NCBI GenBank assembly: GCA_963779755.1
Contig: CAVZZO010000004.1
Span: 1 to 33,311, forward strand
DNA length: 33,311 nucleotides
From: an uncultured Gemmatimonadales bacterium
Lineage (GTDB): Bacteria > Gemmatimonadota > Gemmatimonadetes > Gemmatimonadales > GWC2-71-9
Direction of reading: 5' to 3'
Position 1 is the first letter of the stretch. Every line of letters begins with the position of its first letter. The notes under the pieces are model-generated. The model was given only the letters and a program-made list of their open reading frames with translations, did not search any database and had not been told where the DNA came from. Shown here piece after piece: positions 27,934 through 33,311 of this stretch. The translations under genes were made by a program, and so were the position numbers.

Positions 27934-27962
27934 TTGACTTCGAGGCTTTCGCCCCGTACGTT
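27934..27962 (+). promoter_or_regulatory. Divergent sigma70-type promoter for the roadblock gene
   Basis: TTGACT (27934-27939), 17-nt spacer, TACGTT (27957-27962). Confidence 0.65.
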
Positions 27963-27993
27963 CACCAGCGTTCATTCTCCCGGGAAAATTCGC

Positions 27994-28347
27994 ATGGCCG
28001 GACTGCGGGATGTGGTGCAGGCGTTGCTGGACCGGGACGGTGTCGACGCCGTCCTGGTCAGCAGCAGCGACGGCCTGCCGATCGACCACGCCACCCGCAA
28101 CGGCGCGGACCCGGAGACTCTCGCCGCCCTGCTGCCCGCGCTGGCGCAATCCGCCGCGCAGCTCGGTTCCGCCGCCAACTGCGGCAGCCTCACGACCGCG
28201 ATTCTCGAATTCGGCGAACGCCTGGTGGTGCTGACCCGGCTGACCGACGATGCCAGTCTGCTGCTGCTGGCCGCCGCCGGCGCCGATCTCGGTCCCGTCC
28301 TGTACGATCTTCGCCGCCACGGCCCCGCTATCGCGGAGCTGCTGTGA
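27994..28347 (+). CDS. Roadblock/LC7 domain (MglB-like) protein
   Basis: GVDAVLVSSSDGLPI, ETLAAL, and a beta-hairpin ILEFGERLVVL followed by a C-terminal helix. Confidence 0.85.
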   Translation: MAGLRDVVQALLDRDGVDAVLVSSSDGLPIDHATRNGADPETLAALLPALAQSAAQLGSAANCGSLTTAILEFGERLVVLTRLTDDASLLLLAAAGADLGPVLYDLRRHGPAIAELL

Positions 28348-28423
28348 CGGCACTCTGGCATCGGGGCTCCGCCCGGCTCCTCACGCTCCCGGTCAATCCG
28401 CAGTCCTGCCGTCCTGCCGCCCT

Positions 28424-29452
28424 ATGAAATGGGCCGTCATCCTGGCGGGCGGCTCCGGCACGCGTTTCTGGCCGCTCAGCACGCCCTCGCATCCCAAACA
28501 ACTGCTGCCGCTCACCGGCCAGGGCTCCACCGCCCAGGCCGCGGTGCGGCGGCTGGAAGGCCTGGTCCCGCCGGAACGGATCCTCCTGGTGACGGGGGCG
28601 GCCCTGGCGCCGCAACTCGGCGCGTCCCTCAAGATCCACCCGGGCAACCTGCTGGTCGAGCCACGCGCGGCCAGTACCGGTCCCGCGCTGGTCTGGGCCA
28701 CCGCGGAAGCCCGGCGCCGCGACCCCGAAGCGGAGGTCCTCTCCCTGCACGCCGACTGGCACGTGGCCAATGCGGCTGCCTTCAGGCGCTCCGCGGCCCT
28801 GGCGCTGGAGGCTGCCCGCCGGTACGACCGGCTCATTACCGTCGGCGTCGTCCCCGACCGGCCGGACACCGGCTACGGGTACATCATTCCGGGCGAGCCG
28901 CTGGGCGATGGCGTGCGTTCGGTCGAGCGCTTCACCGAGAAGCCCGATGCCGATACCGCGCGCCGGCTGGTGACGCAGGGCGCCTTGTGGAACACCGGGC
29001 TCTTCGCCTGGACCGCCGGCCGGCTGCTGGAGGAAGTCCGGCTCCATGCTCCGGAACTGGCGCCCCACCTCTCCATGCTGGATCGCGGCAATATCGCCGG
29101 TTTCTTCCAGGGCGTGCAGGCGGTCTCTATCGACGTCGGCGTCTTCGAGCGCAGTCGCCGGATCGCGGTGCTGCCGGGGGCATTTCCCTGGGATGATGTG
29201 GGCAACTGGGAGGCGCTGCACCGGGTGCGGCCGTCGAACGCCGACGGCAACGTTCTGGTCGGACCGGTCTATGCCGCGGAGAGTTCGGGCTGTCTCTGCT
29301 GGTCGGAAGACGAACCGGTAGTGCTCGACGGCGTGCGCGATCTCGTAGTGGTCCGGGCCCACGGCCGCATCCTGGTGATGCACCGTTCCCGCGCCGCCGA
29401 CCTGAAGCAGGTGCTCGACCGATTGCCGCCGGAGGTACGGAACCTGACGTAA
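28424..29452 (+). CDS. manC: Mannose-1-phosphate guanylyltransferase
   Basis: VILAGGSGTRFWPLS, PKQLL, TGYGYI, FTEKP, WNTGLF, SIDVGVFE and WDDVGNW motifs. No C-terminal PMI domain. Confidence 0.9.
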   Translation: MKWAVILAGGSGTRFWPLSTPSHPKQLLPLTGQGSTAQAAVRRLEGLVPPERILLVTGAALAPQLGASLKIHPGNLLVEPRAASTGPALVWATAEARRRDPEAEVLSLHADWHVANAAAFRRSAALALEAARRYDRLITVGVVPDRPDTGYGYIIPGEPLGDGVRSVERFTEKPDADTARRLVTQGALWNTGLFAWTAGRLLEEVRLHAPELAPHLSMLDRGNIAGFFQGVQAVSIDVGVFERSRRIAVLPGAFPWDDVGNWEALHRVRPSNADGNVLVGPVYAAESSGCLCWSEDEPVVLDGVRDLVVVRAHGRILVMHRSRAADLKQVLDRLPPEVRNLT

Positions 29453-29458
29453 CAAACG

Positions 29459-29577
29459 GGACTGAGACAAAAGGACTGAGCGGAAAGAGTATGGTACCTT
29501 GATGTTTTGTCGCTATGAACTCAGCGCTCTTCCACTTTTCTCCCCGTCCTTTTCTCTCAGTCCTTTCGTCTCAGTCC
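29459..29577. repeat. 119-bp intergenic element with 22-bp terminal inverted repeats built from GGACTGA units
   Basis: GGACTGAGACAAAAGGACTGAG (29459-29480) versus CTCAGTCCTTTCGTCTCAGTCC (29556-29577), 21 of 22 complementary, around an AT-richer core. Confidence 0.8.
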
Positions 29578-29605
29578 TTCCATTCGGACCAACAGAGCCA
29601 CAGGA

Positions 29606-30784
29606 ATGAATCCGGCCCTCTACCTCCTCGATCCCCCACCCAGCGCCGAGTGGTTCCCCTTTGCGGGGGTGCGGCCGATCTCGGAGATGCAGGCCGGGGT
29701 GTGGAAGGTCCGGGAGCGCTGGGAACAGGCGGTGGGCCTCGAGACCGCCGCGGTCCTGGGCGATGCCATTGCCGGGTTCACGGAGCTCGACGCGCCGCCC
29801 TGCCGTCCGCTGGGGCCGGTCGCAGGGCCGGCGGTCGTTGCCGATGCCCGCTTCGCACCGGCGGGCGAGCCGCCGGCCCTGGCGCGGGGCGCGCGCCGGC
29901 TGGAGCACGAGGGCCGCACGGTCGCCTGGCTGGTGGCCACGGGTGAACGGTGGGTGGCTCCGCATGCGAACGGGCCGGCCGCCGGGGTGACCGGCCTCTG
30001 GATGGCCGGCGCCTGGGATCTGGTGACGGCGCTGGAGCAGCATCTCACGGGCGATGTGGCCGCGCTGGTGCCGGAGGATGAAGGCGGAGCCGTGCCGGCC
30101 GCCTCCCTCGTGCTGGGCGATCCGTCGCTCGTCGTCTGCCGGGACGCGCAGGTCGAGCCGGGAGTGGTCTTCGATACGCGACATGGCGCGGTGGTGATCG
30201 ATGGCGCCGAGGTGCGCCATGGCACCCGGCTCGAGGGCCCGCTCTACGCCGGCCAGGGGGCCCGCCTCCTGGGGGGCTTCCTCCGGGCCAGTGTCTTCGG
30301 CCCCTGCAGCGTGGTGCGCGGGGAAGTCTCGAACACCGTGTTCACCGGCTATGCCAACAAGGCGCACGACGGCTTTGTGGGCCACAGCGTCCTGGGCCAC
30401 TGGGTGAACCTCGGCGCCGGCACCACCACGTCCAATCTGAAGAACACCTACGGCAGCGTCTCGCTGGGTGCCGGGGAGCGGCGGATGTCTACCGGTCGCC
30501 AGTTCCTGGGCAGCCTGATCGGGGATCACGCCAAGACGGCGATCGGCAGCATGCTCAGCACCGGCACCTTGATCGGTGCCGGGGCCAGCGTCTTCGGGGC
30601 CGGACTCATTCCCCGGCGGGTGCCGCCCATGAGCTGGGGCGCGACCGGCACAGAGCGCATGCGGCAGGATGGATTCCTGACCATCGCGTCGCGCGTCATG
30701 CCCCGGCGCGAGGTAGAATTCACCGACGAACGGCGCGAGTGGCTCCGGACGATGTACGAGCGGGTGATGAGTGAAAAGGAGTGA
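29606..30784 (+). CDS. GlmU-related putative sugar nucleotidyl/acyltransferase with hexapeptide repeats
   Basis: N-terminal RPISEMQAG; GEVSNT, NKAHDGFVGHSVLGHWVNLGAGTTTSNLKNTYG and GDHAKTAIG motifs. Confidence 0.85.
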   Translation: MNPALYLLDPPPSAEWFPFAGVRPISEMQAGVWKVRERWEQAVGLETAAVLGDAIAGFTELDAPPCRPLGPVAGPAVVADARFAPAGEPPALARGARRLEHEGRTVAWLVATGERWVAPHANGPAAGVTGLWMAGAWDLVTALEQHLTGDVAALVPEDEGGAVPAASLVLGDPSLVVCRDAQVEPGVVFDTRHGAVVIDGAEVRHGTRLEGPLYAGQGARLLGGFLRASVFGPCSVVRGEVSNTVFTGYANKAHDGFVGHSVLGHWVNLGAGTTTSNLKNTYGSVSLGAGERRMSTGRQFLGSLIGDHAKTAIGSMLSTGTLIGAGASVFGAGLIPRRVPPMSWGATGTERMRQDGFLTIASRVMPRREVEFTDERREWLRTMYERVMSEKE

Positions 30785-30806
30785 GGACTAAGGACTAAGG
30801 ACTAAG
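30777..30806 (+). repeat. (GGACTAA)3 heptamer array beginning in the stop codon of the GlmU-like gene
   Basis: ggagtga ggactaa ggactaa ggactaa g. Confidence 0.85.
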
Positions 30807-30850
30807 CGGAAGGTTTGACCATCCGACCAGAGGAGAAGCAGGGGACGCAC

Positions 30851-31669
30851 GTGGCTACGCTCTATGTGCTGGGATCCGGCTCGAAGGGGAACTGCTTTGC
30901 GGTGGAGGCGGATGGGGCGGTGCTGCTCATCGACGCCGGCCTGAGTTGCCGGGAGATCGAACGGCGGGCAGAGGCGGTGGGCCTGCGCCTCGACGGCATC
31001 GCCGGCGTGGTCCTGACGCACGAGCATGGGGATCACTGCGCCGGCGTTCCGCGGTTCGTCCAGCGGCGCAGGATTCCCGTATACACCTCGGCGGGGACGT
31101 GGCGTTGCCTGGCGTCGCGCTGCACCGAAGGCACCCGGCACGAGCCGCTGCAGGCCCGCTCGGCGGTGCGCTGCGGCGGGTTCCGGATCGAGTGCGCCCC
31201 CACCAGCCACGACGCCGCCGAGCCGCTTGCCCTCATGGTGGAAACCCCGGCCGGGCAGCGCATCGGTGTCGCCTACGACCTCGGCCGTCCCACGGCCGCC
31301 GTGCGGTACCTGCTGCGCGACGCCACGGCCCTCATCCTCGAGGCCAACCACGACGACGTGCTGCTGCGAACCAGCGGCTACCCGCCGGTGGTGCAGCAGC
31401 GCATCGCCGGGTCGGGGGGGCACCTCTCCAACCGGATCGCCGCCGAGCTGCTGCTGGAACTGCTGCATCCCGCGCTGGGTCTGGTGGTTCTGGTACACCT
31501 GAGCGAGCGCTGCAATTCGGCGGAGCACGCCCGGGCGGCGGTCGCCCCGCCGCTCGCCGCCGCCGGATTCCGTGGCAGCCTCCATGTGGCTCGGCAGGAC
31601 GAACCGCTGGCGCCGCTGGCGTTGCGGGCAGGCTCCCGGGCGCCGGCCCTGCCGAGCCTGTGGGATTGA
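30851..31669 (+). CDS. MBL-fold metallo-hydrolase (YycJ/WalJ-like)
   Basis: LGSGSKGN, THEHGDH, SHDAAEP, LEANHD, GHLSN and HLSERCN motifs. GTG start at 30851. Confidence 0.92.
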   Translation: MATLYVLGSGSKGNCFAVEADGAVLLIDAGLSCREIERRAEAVGLRLDGIAGVVLTHEHGDHCAGVPRFVQRRRIPVYTSAGTWRCLASRCTEGTRHEPLQARSAVRCGGFRIECAPTSHDAAEPLALMVETPAGQRIGVAYDLGRPTAAVRYLLRDATALILEANHDDVLLRTSGYPPVVQQRIAGSGGHLSNRIAAELLLELLHPALGLVVLVHLSERCNSAEHARAAVAPPLAAAGFRGSLHVARQDEPLAPLALRAGSRAPALPSLWD

Positions 31670-31671
31670 TG

Positions 31672-31797
31672 GCAACCGGGAGTTCCCGGCCGGTTGCTTC
31701 GCTCCTCAGACCCGCTCGAAGGCTATGCCCGCTCCGGGGTTTGACTGCCCGCTGGGCGGCTCAATCCCCCCGGGCCAGGGACTCCATGCTCCTGGCC
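31672..31797. other. Three consecutive GC-rich hairpins at the core/accessory boundary
   Basis: GCAACCGG/CCGGTTGC (31672-31697), CCGGGG-TTTGA-CTGCCC/GGGCGG-TCAA-CCCCGG (31734-31773) and GGCCAGG/CCTGGCC (31773-31797). Confidence 0.5.
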
Positions 31798-31871
31798 ATG
31801 ACGTCCGGTTCCCCATATGCCTGTCAGGCTGCGCGAGTCATGCGTCCCCTTGTTTGCACAGCGCCACACGA

Positions 31872-32373
31872 CTAGAACCACCGTAGCCGTGTCATTTCGC
31901 CAGAGGCGACGAGATCGCGGTATCCTCCATCCGTAATGGTGAACGCTATCTTCCGAAGATCAGAGCTAAGAACAAAACTATGTGTGAAGTTGATGGAGAG
32001 GTCTGTCACATCATAAGTGATGAACCTGCCAGAAATGAACGTTGAGCCATGAAGTGCCTCTGACCTTCAGGTCGACAACCGTCCCAGAGAGTGCAGCATC
32101 GATGGTCGCCTTACTCCCACCGACTTGCGATGAGCCCATCCCAGATACGCTTTGGCTGTTACCGAACGTTAGCCAGCCTACATAACCGATAGGTACGAAT
32201 CCCGGCACCTGCGTGAATCTACCTCCGTCGATAGGATCCTGTTGGACGTATGCCCCAAGTTGGGGGACAGCCTTTGAGGCCTTGTATTGCGGGTCGGCCC
32301 TCAGGAAGCCGGAATAGGAATACATGTAGGTGCCACGCAAATACCGGTCTGGGCTTCCGAATGGCAGGATCAT
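31872..32373 (-). pseudogene. Frameshifted lower-GC hypothetical gene (about 166 aa if repaired); probable integron cassette ORF
   Basis: ATG at 32373 lies 47 nt after the attC core. The first frame stops at 32011. A second frame, open from about 32060, reads GSTFISGRFITYDVTDLSINFTHSFVLSSDLRKIAFTITDGGYRDLVASGEMTRLRWF* to TAG at 31872. Confidence 0.6.
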
Positions 32374-32419
32374 AGTGAACGTCGCCTCGGGGTGAAAACG
32401 GCCGCGTGGCAAGCGCGCA

Positions 32420-33108
<689 letters not shown>

Positions 33109-33131
<23 letters not shown>

Positions 33132-33311
33132 CAGAGTTGTCCGGCAACATGGGTAACACTCTGGGGCTACCCGCGAATGATATAGTCTCGTTCATCGAGC
33201 TTGGCTAGGAGGACGGTGTTGAAGTAGATCGACCAGACTCCATTATCGGATTCCTCCAAGCCAATGTGGTGGTGGGTCAAGCTCTGGGCAATGAAGAGCA
33301 GGCGGTGCTGG
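33109..33311 (-). mobile_element. Right end of an IS481-family insertion sequence (truncated by the window)
   Basis: Terminus TGAGCAACCGGG at 33109, two CCGG-N4-ATGGGTAACA subterminal repeats 25 bp apart, and the adjacent transposase C-terminus. Confidence 0.85.
33167..33310 (-). CDS. IS481-family transposase, C-terminal fragment (absent from the ORF track)
   Basis: Manual translation gives QHRLLFIAQSLTHHHIGLEESDNGVWSIYFNTVLLAKLDERDYIIRG*, matching the IGLEE..DG.W.IYF...LG/A.LDER pattern of IS481 transposase ends. Confidence 0.85.
   Translation of the reverse strand, partial: QHRLLFIAQSLTHHHIGLEESDNGVWSIYFNTVLLAKLDERDYIIRG

Noticed and set aside
222..30806. Short repeat arrays as CRISPR
   Set aside because: The units are 7-14 nt with no unique spacers, and no cas genes are present.
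31672..31681. GCAACCGGGA shared with the IS481 terminus (33112-33121)
   Set aside because: Only 10 bp, in direct orientation and without the ATGGGTAACA subterminal repeats; compatible with chance.
31890..31916. TGTCATTTCG...GAGATC resembling a GTCATT-type palindromic repeat
   Set aside because: It is degenerate and lies within the repaired coding frame (DLVASGEMT) of the cassette gene.
31975..32013. Selenocysteine readthrough of the TGA at 32011, given selC in the window
   Set aside because: In-frame readthrough adds only about ten residues before TAG, and no SECIS-like hairpin is evident. A frameshift explains the gene better. I found no other in-frame TGA candidate.

Overview
High-GC bacterial window, mostly housekeeping. 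Gene content and order suggest Gemmatimonadota, but that is an inference. One minus-strand run of about 17.5 kb reads murA, pgeF, rimP, nusA, L7Ae-like, infB, DUF503, rbfA, truB, ribF, secD, secF, tatD, fhs, ridA, tRNA-Sec (selC), DAGK-family kinase, membrane protein, murI. A second minus-strand run reads lipoprotein, serS, histidine kinase, pcrA, gatCAB. Plus-strand genes are a DUF948-like/Zn-phospholipase C pair, then roadblock protein, mannose-1-P guanylyltransferase, GlmU-like protein and MBL hydrolase. The last 1.6 kb is accessory: a lower-GC frameshifted gene, a 140-bp integron attC site, an inverted BrnT/BrnA toxin-antitoxin module and the end of an IS481-family element inserted in brnA. 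The most unusual signals are: (i) 7-nt-period repeat arrays at gene ends that place stop codons in all three frames, often as inverted pairs; (ii) a selC gene inside an operon, directly abutting the next ATG and preceded by a 52-bp REP-cored palindrome; (iii) the integron cassette remnant; (iv) a probable CTG start for truB; (v) a Cys-to-Asp MurA. The first ~800 bp carry several small indels that look like contig-end sequencing errors. No database searches were run; family calls rest on motif recognition.
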